Shown one piece after another: positions 1-13,092 of a DNA stretch of 64,000 nucleotides. This stretch comes from an uncultured delta proteobacterium. Lineage in GTDB: Bacteria; Myxococcota_A; Polyangia; Polyangiales; Polyangiaceae. A program made the translations under genes and the position numbers. The notes under the pieces are model-generated. The model was given only the letters and a program-made list of their open reading frames with translations. It did no database searches and was not told the DNA's origin. Numbering within the stretch: position 1 is the stretch's first letter; the number at the start of each line of letters is the position of its first letter. The stretch covers positions 2,592,001-2,656,000 of the forward strand of contig CAWDXG010000004.1 in NCBI GenBank assembly GCA_963806225.1, read 5' to 3'.

Positions 1-860
1 TCGATGCCGACCGAGTCGAGGCCCAGGCCCTCGGTGTTCGGGATGCGTCCGACCGAGAGCAGCACGCGATCGCAGGTGATGGGGTCGGAGCCCTCGACCG
101 TGACCGTGACCTGGTCGCCCTCGACCTTCGCGCCGGTGACGCGGGCACCGAGCTGGAAGGCCATGCCCTGCTTGCCGAAAAGCCGCTTCGCCTCCTTCGC
201 GATTTCGCTGTCCATACCGGGCAGGATGCGGTCGAGGTACTCGAGCACGGTGACCTTCGCGCCCAGGCGGCTCCACACCGAGCCCATCTCGAGCCCGATG
301 TAACCGGCGCCGATCACGACCAGGTGACCGGGCACCTCGGGGTACGACAGCGCCTCGGTGCTGGTGCCGATGCGATCGCCGTCGAGCTCCACGCCCTCGA
401 GCGGTGCGACCTTGCTGCCGGTGGCGATCAGGATGTGCTTCGCCTCGAGTTCCGTCGTGCCGTCGCTGCTCTCGACGACAACGCGACCCTTGCCGGCAAT
501 GCGACCGTGGCCCTGGTAGCGCTTCACCTTGTTCTTCTTGAACAGGAAGGCGACACCCTGCGTGTTTGCCTTCACGACCTCGGTCTTCTTTTCCAGCATG
601 CGACCGAGGTCGAGCTCGACGCCCTTCACGCCGACGCCGAAATCGCCGAGCTGGTGCTTCGCCTGGTAGAAGAGCTCGCTCGCCTCGAGCAGCGCCTTCG
701 AGGGAATGCAGCCAACGCGCACGCAGGTGCCGCCGAGCTCGCTTTCCGATTCGATGCAGGCGACGTCCATACCGAGCTGCGCGGCGCGGATCGCGGCCAC
801 ATACCCGCCCGGCCCCGCGCCGATGACGACGAGATCGTGTTTCGTGGATTCAGCCATCAT
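1..860 (-). CDS. lpdA: Dihydrolipoamide dehydrogenase (E3), 5' part; runs off the left edge of the window
   Basis: Manual translation from ATG at 860/857 gives [29 protein letters not shown]...[14 protein letters not shown] (redox-active CxxxxC) and a second GAGYIG motif; lies downstream of sucB. Confidence 0.95.
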   Translation of the reverse strand, partial: MMAESTKHDLVVIGAGPGGYVAAIRAAQLGMDVACIESESELGGTCVRVGCIPSKALLEASELFYQAKHQLGDFGVGVKGVELDLGRMLEKKTEVVKANTQGVAFLFKKNKVKRYQGHGRIAGKGRVVVESSDGTTELEAKHILIATGSKVAPLEGVELDGDRIGTSTEALSYPEVPGHLVVIGAGYIGLEMGSVWSRLGAKVTVLEYLDRILPGMDSEIAKEAKRLFGKQGMAFQLGARVTGAKVEGDQVTVTVEGSDPITCDRVLLSVGRIPNTEGLGLDSVGI

Positions 861-890
861 CTGCACCGTGGTTCGAGTTGGGATTTTCTA

Positions 891-1494
891 GTCGGGTAGG
901 CCCGGGCGTTGCCGCCCGGGCCCCGAATCGCTTCGGCAGCACTTCATGCACACGTCGTGCATCATCCTCCCGCTCGAATGCTATGACGAAGTCGTCAGCA
1001 AAGCGCACCAGCACTGCGCGTCCACGCAGCACTGGCTTCACCTGGCTTTCAAACCACACGTCCAGCACCGTATGCAGGAAGATGTTCGCCAACATCGGCG
1101 AGATAACCCCACCCTGCGGCGTGCCAGCTTCGGGGTATCTGATCTCCCCGCGCTCCATCACGCCCGCGTTGAGCCACTTGCCAATGAGACGCAGCACGAC
1201 ACCGTCCCCTATCCGTTGACGAAGCACCTCGCACAGCTGTTTGCGGTCGATGGAGTCGAAATACGTACGTATATCGACTTCCAGCACCCATCCGTCGCGC
1301 ATTTCCATCAGAGTGTCGCGTAGCTTGCCCAGGGCTTGGTGGGCACTCCGCCCTGGTCGAAACCCATACGAGCAGTCCAGAAAGTCCTGCTCGTACACGG
1401 TTTCTAGAAGCATGGCTACCGCCCGCTGGAGCACCGTGTCCTCGAAGGTTGGGATGCCCAGCGGCCGGGTCTGCCCGTTGCCTTTCGGGATGTG
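891..1494 (-). mobile_element. Group II intron remnant: truncated reverse transcriptase fused directly to domain VI and the intron 3' end
   Basis: [50 protein letters not shown] and VRFADD motifs (ORF 850..1434 plus in-frame upstream codons). Minus strand then reads GGGGCCCGGGCG-GCAA-CGCCCGGGCCTACCCGAC, a DVI hairpin with bulged A ending in AC at 891. Confidence 0.9.
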
Positions 1495-1625
1495 GAAGGC
1501 GGGAAGGCGGGAAGGCGATCTTCACTGCTCTGGGGACGGCTTCTTTTCTGGAATCGAGGGTTGGGGCTCGCCGCGCGGCTCGTCCAGAGACTTGGCGTGG
1601 TTGTCCGGGAACCTTCCCGCCTTCC
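1494..1625. repeat. Inverted repeat (14-bp arms GGAAGGCGGGAAGG / CCTTCCCGCCTTCC) with a 3x GGAAGGCG tandem in the left arm
   Basis: GGAAGGCG x3 at 1494-1517; reverse-complement arm at 1612-1625. Confidence 0.7.
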
Positions 1626-1673
1626 TGTTCCGCACCCGCACTCTGCCGGATGCGGACGTGCCCGCGTCGGGCA

Positions 1674-2852
1674 TCACACCTCGAGCAGGATGCGGTTGGG
1701 CTCCTCGACGCATTCCTTGATGCGCTTGAGGAAGGTGACGGATTCGCGGCCGTCGATGACGCGGTGGTCGTAGGTCATCGCGACGTACATCATCGGTCGC
1801 ACCACGACCTGACCGTCACGGACCACGGCGCGGTCCTGGATGGCGTGCAGCCCGAGGATGCCGCTCTGCGGCGGATTGATGATGGGCGTCGACAGCAGCG
1901 AGCCGTAGATGCCGCCGTTGCTGATGGTGTAGGTGCCGCCGTGCAGCTCGTCGAGCGTGAGCTTGTTGTCGCGGGCACGGACCGCGAAGTCCGCAATGGT
2001 CTGTTCCACCTCGGCGAAGCTCAACCGATCCGCATTGCGGATGACGGGTACGACCAGGCCGCGACCGCCGCCGACGGCGACGCCGATGTCGTAGTAGTTC
2101 TTGTAGACGATGTCGGTGCCGCGGACCTCCGCATTGACCTGCGGGATGAGCTTCAGCGCCTCGATGGCCGCCTTCACGAAGAAGGACATGAAGCCGAGCT
2201 TGATGCCGTACTTCTCCTGGAACTTCGGCTGATACTCCTTGCGCAGGGCAATCACCGCGCTCATGTCGATCTCGTTGAACGTGGTGAGCAGCGCGGCGTT
2301 CTGCTGCGACTCGACGAGCCGTTCAGCGATGCGCTTGCGCATCGGCGTCATCGCCACGACCTCTTCTTCGCGATCGCCTGCAGGGACGGCAGGCGCCGGA
2401 GCGCGCGCCTCGTGGCGCAGCACGTCTTCCTTCAAGAGCCGTCCGCCGGGGCCCGTCGCTTCCACTTCCGCCGCGCGGAGGCCGCGATCGGCCAGGGCAC
2501 GCTCGGCCGCCGGCATCACGCGCGCCTGGGCCTTCGGCTCCGTTGCGCGCGCCGGCTCCGGCCGCGCTTCTGCCGGCTTGGCCTGCGCCGGCTCGGCTGC
2601 TTTCCCAGAAGCCTCGCCCTCTTCCATGAAACCGATCACGTCGCCGACCGAAGCCGTCTGTCCCTGGTCGATCTTGATCTCCGAGATGACGCCGGCCACG
2701 GGCGCGGGCAGCTCGACCGTTACCTTGTCGGTCTCGATCATGACGACCGTCTCGTCGCGAGCGGCATGGTCGCCCTTGTGCTTGAGCCACTCGCCGATCA
2801 ACACCTCGGTGATCGACTCGCCGACCTCGGGCACCTTCAGTTCAACTGGCAT
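1674..2852 (-). CDS. sucB: 2-oxoglutarate dehydrogenase E2, dihydrolipoyllysine-residue succinyltransferase
   Basis: Lipoyl domain (ETDKV), E3-binding domain ([13 protein letters not shown]), catalytic YDHRVIDG. Confidence 0.96.
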   Translation of the reverse strand: MPVELKVPEVGESITEVLIGEWLKHKGDHAARDETVVMIETDKVTVELPAPVAGVISEIKIDQGQTASVGDVIGFMEEGEASGKAAEPAQAKPAEARPEPARATEPKAQARVMPAAERALADRGLRAAEVEATGPGGRLLKEDVLRHEARAPAPAVPAGDREEEVVAMTPMRKRIAERLVESQQNAALLTTFNEIDMSAVIALRKEYQPKFQEKYGIKLGFMSFFVKAAIEALKLIPQVNAEVRGTDIVYKNYYDIGVAVGGGRGLVVPVIRNADRLSFAEVEQTIADFAVRARDNKLTLDELHGGTYTISNGGIYGSLLSTPIINPPQSGILGLHAIQDRAVVRDGQVVVRPMMYVAMTYDHRVIDGRESVTFLKRIKECVEEPNRILLEV

Positions 2853-2879
2853 AGGACAAGCTTCCTCTTCTCCCTGGAC

Positions 2880-5705
<2,826 letters not shown>

Positions 5706-5951
5706 GGGATTGTTGCGTCTGTGGTTCTGCCTGGCCGCCGGGGCCGCACGGGCCGGCAAGCCGCTTCTAGCCGAAAAGCCGTCCGACGAGAACGAGTCCC
5801 CTCCCACGTGCGCCGGACGAGCCGTGGATAATCTGTGGCCCGGACGGTAGCAGGTCAAGGCCGGGAACGGTCCACGCCGGAGCGGCTGTGCGTGGGGCTT
5901 CGAGACTTCCCAGCGCCAACGCCGGCGTCTCTGGGGAAACCCGGGCGCGAG

Positions 5952-6362
5952 TCAGTCCGCCTGGAACCCAATCTTGGCGTGCGAGCCGTCGCAGAACGGC
6001 TTGTTCTTCGACTCGCCGCAGCGGCATACGGTCGCGCGCAACATTCTGCCGTGGCCGTCGATTGTCATGTCGGCGCGCACGGCGTAGGGGCCGTTTTCGC
6101 GAACGTGGGCGGTGTTGACCAGCGGTGGCTTTTCATTTTCTCCTCCGTCCAGCCGCTCGTAGGCAATGGCGCCGCTCGGGCAATTGTGCGCCAGGCCCGC
6201 GACCTCCTCGGGCGTCGCCGCGTCCGGGTGTATCCACTCGCCCTCCACGTTCGGCACGAATACGTCCGGTCGCGACAGCACGCAGTTGCGCGAGTGAATG
6301 CACTTGTCGCCATCGAACCGGATCAACACGCCCCTGCCACGGATCTCGTCAACGCCGCTCAT
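5952..6362 (-). CDS. Divergent 4Fe-4S ferredoxin-like domain plus CDGSH iron-sulfur domain protein
   Basis: CIHSRNC...CPSGA followed by CRCGESKNKPFCDGSH. Confidence 0.85.
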   Translation of the reverse strand: MSGVDEIRGRGVLIRFDGDKCIHSRNCVLSRPDVFVPNVEGEWIHPDAATPEEVAGLAHNCPSGAIAYERLDGGENEKPPLVNTAHVRENGPYAVRADMTIDGHGRMLRATVCRCGESKNKPFCDGSHAKIGFQAD

Positions 6363-6874
6363 CGACGCGCGGGCGGCCGGATGCCGCGCCGGCGCCCCTT
6401 CCGCAGAGCTCGATCGCGGCGTAGACTGTCCGGCGGTGGCAGCGGGAGTGCCGTCTACAAGATGCAGAAGTCCTCGTCGGCAGCTACGATCGAGCTGTGT
6501 CCGAAGTCGAAGGCAAAGGCCCGTAGCTTGGACAATCTGCTGTGGCTGCCGGATCGTAGGCTCGGCTACTCCGTGAAGACAGAAGACAAGGGTTGGGAGC
6601 TCGATGCTCGCATCGAACCACTGCCCGAAAGGCCATGGCCTTCATTCATCTCCGCGCGGGCCAAGGGGAGCCGGACGGAAAACCCGTATCGGGTGGTGGT
6701 CCTGCTCGCACGGCTGGAACTCGTCGCGGCGTCGTGTCCAACCACTCGCGAAGAGCTGTGTTCGGCATGTGCCGCGGTCCAGCGCTCGCGCGAGCAGGCA
6801 CAACGGGATCCATTGAAACTTCTGCGGTGAGTGTGGGCACAAGAGGGGCCCGGGAACAGCCTGGAGGTTGACCC

Positions 6875-8227
6875 ATGAACAAGCTTGGACAGCTCTGGAG
6901 CAATCTGCGATCGAGCTTCTGGTTCCTGCCTTCGCTGATGGTCGCGGTCAGTATGGCTGTCGCGATAGCTTTGATCCAGGCGGACTCCGCCGGGAGCGAC
7001 CGATGGCTGAGCCAGTGGCCACGCCTGTTTGGCGTCGGGCCGGAAGGCGCACGCCAGATGTTGGCTACGCTTGCCGGTTCGATGATGTCCGTTATGGGAA
7101 TCACGTTCTCCATGACCCTGCTGGCACTGGCGTTGGCCTCGAACCAATACACCTCGCGCATCCTGCGGAACTTCATGCGGAGCCGCGTCACACAGGCCAC
7201 GCTCGGGATTTTCGGCGGTATTTTCGCCTATTGCCTGATCGTGTTGCGCGCCATTCGCGGCGCTAGCGGCGTAACCGAGTTCGTGCCGAACCTGGCGGTG
7301 TTCTTCGCATTTGTTCTGGCACTCGGTGGCGTTGGCGTCCTCATTTTCTTCATTCACCACATCGCTTCGTCGATCCAGGCTTCCAGCATCATCGCCTCGG
7401 TTGCTCACGAAACCATCGCATCGAGCGACCGGCTTTTTCCGGAAAGACTGGGACTCGAACCCGATGAAGACGAGGACCCGGACGAGGTGCTCGGGTCTCT
7501 GGAAGAGCGTACCTGGCACGCCGTGCCGGCAGAGATGAACGGTTACGTCCAGAACGTGGACAATGATGCGCTGCTGCGCCTGGCGCGGGATAGGCAGACC
7601 GTCGTGCGCATGGAGCGCGGCATCGGCGCGTTCGTTGTGCAAGATGCCACATTGGCGTCGCTCGCCCTGGAAGCCCCTCCGGATCAAGAGACGATCGAGG
7701 CCGTCAACAAAGCCTATAGCGTGGGCCGCTATCGCACGGTCGAGCAGGACCCTGCCTTCGGTATCCGGCAGCTGGTGGATATGGCGTTGAAGGCACTTTC
7801 GCCCGGTGTCAACGACACCTCGACCGCCGTGATGTGCGTGGATTACCTGTCGACGGTTCTGGCGCAGCTGGCCTCCCGGAAATTCCCTGCATCGCGCCGC
7901 TACGAGGGAGACGAACTGCGTGTGATCACCATCGCCCCGACATTTGAAGCTCTTCTGGTCGAGGCGTTCGAGCAGATCCGGGGTAGCGCCGAAGGCAATG
8001 TCGCCATCATGGCGCGCATGCTCAGCGCCTTCGAGACTCTCGCCGAGCTCACGGTGAGCCCGCGCCGCCGGCAGGCGCTCCACGAACAGGTGCAGTGGAT
8101 TGCCGAACTGGCGGGTCGCACCACCGAAGCCACGCATGATCGCGCGCGGATCGCCAAGCGGCTGATGGAGGTACGCGAGGCACTCGAAGCCGAGCCTGCA
8201 TCGAGCGAGGGGAAAGAGAAAGCATAA
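6875..8227 (+). CDS. DUF2254-like predicted membrane protein
   Basis: SFWFLP, four hydrophobic segments, LASNQYTSRILRNF, QDPAFGIRQLVDMALKALSPGVNDTSTA. Confidence 0.8.
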   Translation: MNKLGQLWSNLRSSFWFLPSLMVAVSMAVAIALIQADSAGSDRWLSQWPRLFGVGPEGARQMLATLAGSMMSVMGITFSMTLLALALASNQYTSRILRNFMRSRVTQATLGIFGGIFAYCLIVLRAIRGASGVTEFVPNLAVFFAFVLALGGVGVLIFFIHHIASSIQASSIIASVAHETIASSDRLFPERLGLEPDEDEDPDEVLGSLEERTWHAVPAEMNGYVQNVDNDALLRLARDRQTVVRMERGIGAFVVQDATLASLALEAPPDQETIEAVNKAYSVGRYRTVEQDPAFGIRQLVDMALKALSPGVNDTSTAVMCVDYLSTVLAQLASRKFPASRRYEGDELRVITIAPTFEALLVEAFEQIRGSAEGNVAIMARMLSAFETLAELTVSPRRRQALHEQVQWIAELAGRTTEATHDRARIAKRLMEVREALEAEPASSEGKEKA

Positions 8228-8362
8228 CCGAACCGGGGAGGCCGAGCCCTGGGTCACCAGCATCGCAACGCGCTTGCCGGACAAGCGCGCCTCGCGCAGC
8301 GCGCCGGCGACCCGCGGGCAACACGGTCTCCCTCGACGGCTCCGGTCCGGCGGCCAGGGAGC

Positions 8363-8761
8363 CTAGCTCAGCGCGTCGATCACGCGGCCCAGGCGGGCGC
8401 GGATGTCCTCGGCCACGGCCTTGATCCCGGGCATCGATGCGAACTCCGCGATCTGCATCGGGTCGAACGCGGAGACGACCGTCTTGCCGTCGTCACCTTC
8501 GTACACGATGACGTTGCAGGGTAGCAGCAGGCCGATCTCGGGAGCCGCGGAGAGCACCTTGTGGGCCGCAGGCGGGTTGCACGCGCCGAGGATCTTGTAC
8601 TTGCGGAAGTCAACGTCGATCTTCTTCTTGAGCGTCTCCTTCACGTCGATTTCAGTGAGGACGCCAAAGCCTTCCTTCTTGAGCTCCTCGGGCACCTTCT
8701 GGAGCGCCTCTTCATAGCTGCAGCCAAGCACCTTCTTGATACCGATCTTGTCCAGATCCAC
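8363..8761 (-). CDS. DUF302-domain protein
   Basis: GFGVLTEID...YKILGACNP...IGLLLPCNVIV signature. Confidence 0.88.
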   Translation of the reverse strand: MDLDKIGIKKVLGCSYEEALQKVPEELKKEGFGVLTEIDVKETLKKKIDVDFRKYKILGACNPPAAHKVLSAAPEIGLLLPCNVIVYEGDDGKTVVSAFDPMQIAEFASMPGIKAVAEDIRARLGRVIDALS

Positions 8762-8810
8762 TTCTGCCTCCGTCTATCGATCTCGATGCGCTCCGGGGGA
8801 GCGATGTTGT

Positions 8811-9125
8811 CTAGTCGCCCACCAGGGAGCGCTGGATGTCCTTCGCCTCGTCGTAGCGTTCGCGGGGCACGAAGATGACCGTGCCTTGACTGCCGAACGC
8901 CGAGACGAACACGTCGTATTTGAGCATGGTACGGATGCCGCGCTGCTCGAGTTGCTCGACCACCATGCGCCCCATCGATTCGCTGGAGAGGGGCGGCAGC
9001 TCGACCCAGTGGATATCCTTGGGCGGCGGCTCCTGCGGCAGCTTTTCGACAAGGCGCACGCCACAATCGTCGCAATGTTCGACGCCGGCGACGTATTCGA
9101 GCCGGCAGGCGGGACAGAAGGGCAT
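8811..9125 (-). CDS. Small Zn-ribbon plus DUF2007-like putative signal-transducing protein
   Basis: MPFCPACRLEY...CDDCGVRLV, then LEQRGI...IFVPRERYDEAKDI. Confidence 0.65.
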   Translation of the reverse strand: MPFCPACRLEYVAGVEHCDDCGVRLVEKLPQEPPPKDIHWVELPPLSSESMGRMVVEQLEQRGIRTMLKYDVFVSAFGSQGTVIFVPRERYDEAKDIQRSLVGD

Positions 9126-9255
9126 GATCGCTACCTCCGGGGCTTCAGGGGCCTGTGTAGCAAAGGTTGTGCCTCCGCGGGCATCTGTCGAGGGGGCTGC
9201 ACCACGTCGCCGCACGCTTTGCGCTGTTGCAACATGCAGCGCAAACGTTGCGGCG

Positions 9256-9933
9256 TCAGCGCGAGCTGCGCCGCCGCCCGGCTCGGGCCGGGCGTTCGGC
9301 AACGCGCAGGTACCCTTCACTGAGGAAGGCATACAGCTGCTGGGTGAGCACGTCGGCGCTCTCCTCGGCGAGACCGAGCGTGACGGCCTGGTAGAGCAGC
9401 TCCTTCAGCGCGCCGATGGTGAGATACGCGAGAACACGCGGCTCACCGTCCGCCACAATGCCCAGCGCCTGCCCGTCCCTCAGGCTCTCGGTGAGCAGCT
9501 GCACCACCGAGTCGTAGAAGGTGAGCAGCTTGCGGTCGAACGCCGAATCGATACCGACCGCGTCCGTGAACAGGATCTTGGTCATGACCCGCTCGGAGAG
9601 GGCCAGACCCACAATCGCCCGGATATTCTCGCGCGCCTGTTCCGCGACCGAACGGGATGGGTCGTCCGTCTCGATGCGCTGGATAGCCATGGCTATCTGG
9701 GCGCTGAAGCGGTCGATGAGATCGGAGAAGACCGCGCGCTTGTCCTCGAAGTACAGGTAGAAGGTGCCGCGGGCGACACCGGCCTCGGCCACGATGTCGT
9801 CGATGGTCGACTGGTGGTAGCCGCGCTTGGCAAAGACGTTGCGCGCGGCGGTGAGGATATTCTGGCGGCGTTCGGCCTTGGTCGCAGCACTTCGCTTGCC
9901 GCCGGTCCTGGCCTTCTTCGTACGCGCCGCCAC
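9256..9933 (-). CDS. TetR/AcrR family transcriptional regulator
   Basis: N-terminal HTH RQNILTAARNVFAKRGYHQSTIDDIVAEAGVARGTFYLYFEDK; start chosen at GTG 9933. Confidence 0.92.
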   Translation of the reverse strand: MAARTKKARTGGKRSAATKAERRQNILTAARNVFAKRGYHQSTIDDIVAEAGVARGTFYLYFEDKRAVFSDLIDRFSAQIAMAIQRIETDDPSRSVAEQARENIRAIVGLALSERVMTKILFTDAVGIDSAFDRKLLTFYDSVVQLLTESLRDGQALGIVADGEPRVLAYLTIGALKELLYQAVTLGLAEESADVLTQQLYAFLSEGYLRVAERPARAGRRRSSR

Positions 9934-9972
9934 GCCTTTCCGGATACTCCGGCGTCGCGCGCCCTTCAACGG

Positions 9973-11254
9973 CTACTTCGCGACCCGGAGGATCTGCGCA
10001 TCCGTGGCCCAGTAGACGAACTTGTCGTCCGTGTGCAGCACCAGCGTCCCGGTCTGGTTCGATGCCAGCGTTCGTGGGCCGCCCTGACACCCGGAAAGGG
10101 GGCAGGTGACGATCTGCGAAGCCGCGCCGCCCGGCGCCGGATCGTAATCGAACCAGTACACGCCGCTCGAGTCGACGGTCATCAGCGTCGGATGGGGCTG
10201 CTTGTCGATGAACTTGACCGGCGTGCAGGCGCCACTGGTCGGGCAGGTCTCGATGAGTCCGTTCGGGTAGCCCCCCTGCCCGCCGGGCAACAGCATGTAG
10301 ATCTGCTTGCCGTACACGCTTGTCGCTTCGACGCCCTGGGCGGCAGAGTAGAGCACGGTCGGCTTGCAGGTCCCGGTCATCGGGCAGCTCTCGAGCGCAT
10401 CGGCGGCAGTCGCGGTAGTCGTCGACGGCGAGACGAAATAGACGTTGGTGCCGTCGGTGCCGAGCGCGATCGTGCCGAGCTGCGTACCGAAGTCGAACAT
10501 GATCTCCGCAGCGCCGGTCGAGCAGGCGCCGCCCGTGCAGTTCTCGTGGAACAAGCTCGTGCCGATCACCCAGTACCAGTCCAGCCCGGACGCGGCGTAG
10601 CTGCCGGGCGGCACGTTCAGGCCGCCATAGAAAACGTACGAAGGCGACGCCGAACAGCCCCCGACATCGCAGACGAACAGCGACGGGCGAGCCACGTGGG
10701 AGGCCGGATCTGCCACGAAGGCGAAGTTCTCTCCGGAGACCATCAAGATGCCCGCCGCGTCGGAGGCGTTGATGGCGCCGACCTGGCCAAGCTGCTTGGG
10801 CTGGAGCGCGCAGCCGCCCTTGGGACACGCGAGGACGGTGTTGCCCGCCGAATCGCCGTAGTAGAGCTGCTTCGCATCGACGTCGAACACGGGCTTGGTC
10901 AGGTTGTCGACGACGACGACCGGCTGGCACACGCCCTTGTCGCACTTGCCTCCGCCGCAGTCGTGCCCACAGACGCCGCAGTTCGCGCCACTGGTCGCGA
11001 CGTTCGACGCATTTGCCGCCGCAGTCGACCACGGTTCCGCCGTCGCACATGACCGGCGCGCCCGCGCTGCCTCCCGAGCCGCTGGTGCCGGCACTGCCGC
11101 TGGTGCCGGCCGTGCCCCCCGTGCCCCCCGTGCCGCCGCTGTCGGTGCCGGCCCCGCCGCCATCGTGTGCGGCGCCGAGGTTGTCGAGACCGCTGCCGCA
11201 ACCGGCTGCCATGAGCAGCGACGCTGCCAGGAGCGCGACTGTTCGAGGTTTCAT
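9973..11254 (-). CDS. Lipoprotein with Gly-rich linker, short Cys-rich module and beta-propeller-like C-terminus; +1 frameshift at ~11003
   Basis: MKPRTVALLAASLLMAAGC lipobox; NCGVCGHDC motif; repeats such as VDSSGVYW and TDDKFVYW. Removing one T at 11003/4 joins the two frames. Confidence 0.7.
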
Positions 11255-11295
11255 CCAGGCTTCCCGCGGCACGGAGGCAGCATGCCGTTGTCGGA

Positions 11296-12480
11296 CTACG
11301 GCTGCAACGGCGGCAGGGTGACTACCTCGAAAGCCGAAGCCGGGACGGTCTTCAGCGCCGAAATGTCCGCGTCTTTCCAGTTCGGATTCACTTCACCCTG
11401 GAAGTAGAAGTTCCCATTGGGACTGCTATTGTCGGCCAGGATCATCCCGTATTTCTTCATGGCCTTGAGCACGACCTGCGCTCCCTTGGTCAGACCCGAG
11501 ATGTCGTAGCTGGCTTTCAGGCGCACGCGCAGGCCCATGGGAGGGGCGTTCGAGCCGCAGCTGCCGTGGGCTGCAAAGTGTGTCGCCGGCTTGACGTACT
11601 TGTTCATGGAGCACTCGAGCGTGAAGCGGATGGCGTGATTGATGGCGCCCGCCTGCACCTCGGCGTAGCGCACGAGACCCGGCATGATGGGAAGCCCCGC
11701 CGCATCCGCACTCGTCCAGCCCATCTTGCGCTGGCCGTAGCTGAGCTTCGTGAGGTCCCACTTGGCTCCGCTGCCACACACCCATCCGCTGCTGCCGTAG
11801 TGGCAGGACCAGCCCTCGTACAGCATACAGGCGCCCTGCTGCACGACGATCACGTGGCAATCACCGCTGCAGTTGGTGGCCGTGCCACCCTCGATCTTGA
11901 CGTTGGCCGGCCCGGGAAAAGGATAGGGCCCCGGGTCGCTCTCGTTCGGGGACTTGTCGAAGCTGATCGGAAGCTTGGCCTGGCTCGCCGGCACGACGTT
12001 GATCGGGATGCCGTAGTCCGGCGGCCCGTAGTCGGGGTGGATGTTGATGTTGCCGACGATGTTCTGGATGCGCTGCGTCCAGGTCGCGTCCACCCCTTCG
12101 CCGGAGATGTCCTTGTTCCAGTCGTCGTTGCCGGTGAACACCGTGCAGCCGCCGATGGTGGGGAGCGACGAGCTGCTGCCGCCCGAACCACCGGAGCCCC
12201 CGCTGGAGCCACCGGAGCCCCCGCTGGAGCCACCGGAGCCCCCGCTGGAGCCACCGGAGCCCCCGCTGGAGCCGCCCGAGCCCGCTGTGCCGCCAGAACC
12301 GCCGGTTGCGCCACCCGAACCGCTGCTGCCGCTATTGCCCCCCGTGCCGCTGCCGCCCGTGCCGCTGCCGCCCGTGCCGCTGCCGCCCGTGCCGTTCGAT
12401 GAGTTGCTGCTCGAGCAGGCCGCGACCACCAGGGCCAGCGACGCGCCCGCACACAGAAAAGCCAAGATCCGGGTCCTCAT
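11296..12480 (-). CDS. Lipoprotein with Gly/Ser linker and conserved hypothetical C-terminal domain
   Basis: VVAAC lipobox; GGSSGGS repeats; WTSADAAGLPI...HAIRFT...PMGLRVRLK...KKYGMILADN domain. Confidence 0.75.
   Translation of the reverse strand: MRTRILAFLCAGASLALVVAACSSSNSSNGTGGSGTGGSGTGGSGTGGNSGSSGSGGATGGSGGTAGSGGSSGGSGGSSGGSGGSSGGSGGSSGGSGGSGGSSSSLPTIGGCTVFTGNDDWNKDISGEGVDATWTQRIQNIVGNINIHPDYGPPDYGIPINVVPASQAKLPISFDKSPNESDPGPYPFPGPANVKIEGGTATNCSGDCHVIVVQQGACMLYEGWSCHYGSSGWVCGSGAKWDLTKLSYGQRKMGWTSADAAGLPIMPGLVRYAEVQAGAINHAIRFTLECSMNKYVKPATHFAAHGSCGSNAPPMGLRVRLKASYDISGLTKGAQVVLKAMKKYGMILADNSSPNGNFYFQGEVNPNWKDADISALKTVPASAFEVVTLPPLQP
12190..12273. repeat. Coding tandem repeat, 21 bp x4 (GGSSGGS linker)
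   Basis: ACCGGAGCCCCCGCTGGAGCC repeated four times exactly. Confidence 0.9.
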
Positions 12481-12581
12481 GAACGACCTCCTCCGCAACT
12501 TACGGCCAGATCAGTGTATCACTGTCCCGGACTCGAGGTGGCGGTCGCGCGCGGCGGCTCCGCGCGCCCGGACGGCAGCCA

Positions 12582-13079
12582 CTAGAACGTGCTCCGCCAA
12601 TACCTCACGGTCAGGAACCTCGTGAGCTTCTGGATGGCCTGGAGCCGCTTCTCTCCGGCTTGCGTGGCGTGCAGTTCCCGGGCGTACTCCGGCACCGTGC
12701 TGGCCATCTTCTGGGTGTAGGCAGCGACCTCGGCGTCGTCCATGAAGTGGTCGCGGATCTCGGTCAGCTCTCCGGAATCGAGAAAGAACCCGCCGCAACC
12801 GTAGCATTCGTCGACGTTGATGGCCTGCGCCCGTGCGTACTTGTGCGTGTGCATCGGGATGTCGCACTTCGGGCAGCGGATCGGAGTGCGGTCCGCGTCG
12901 TTGTGTCTCGGGCTGTGCAGCGCGTTCTCCAGGGCGGCGCCCAACCCCTCGTTCCGCTCGTCCAGGTTCGCGAGCTCGCCGTGGTCGAACCAGATCCCCT
13001 GGCAGCCGATCGCACAGACATCCACCTCGATACCGAAGTCTTCGGGCGTCATCTTCTGACCGCAGGCAGGGCACTTCAT
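12582..13079 (-). CDS. Double zf-TFIIB-type zinc-ribbon protein
   Basis: CPAC...CAIGCQGIWFDHGEL and CPKC...CYGCGGFFLDSGEL. Confidence 0.8.
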   Translation of the reverse strand: MKCPACGQKMTPEDFGIEVDVCAIGCQGIWFDHGELANLDERNEGLGAALENALHSPRHNDADRTPIRCPKCDIPMHTHKYARAQAINVDECYGCGGFFLDSGELTEIRDHFMDDAEVAAYTQKMASTVPEYARELHATQAGEKRLQAIQKLTRFLTVRYWRSTF

Positions 13080-13092
13080 GTCGCCTCCATCG

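Noticed and set aside
6421..6458. GTAGAC...GTCTAC dyad as a recombination site
   Set aside because: Only 6-bp arms with a poorly pairing interior and no integrase nearby.
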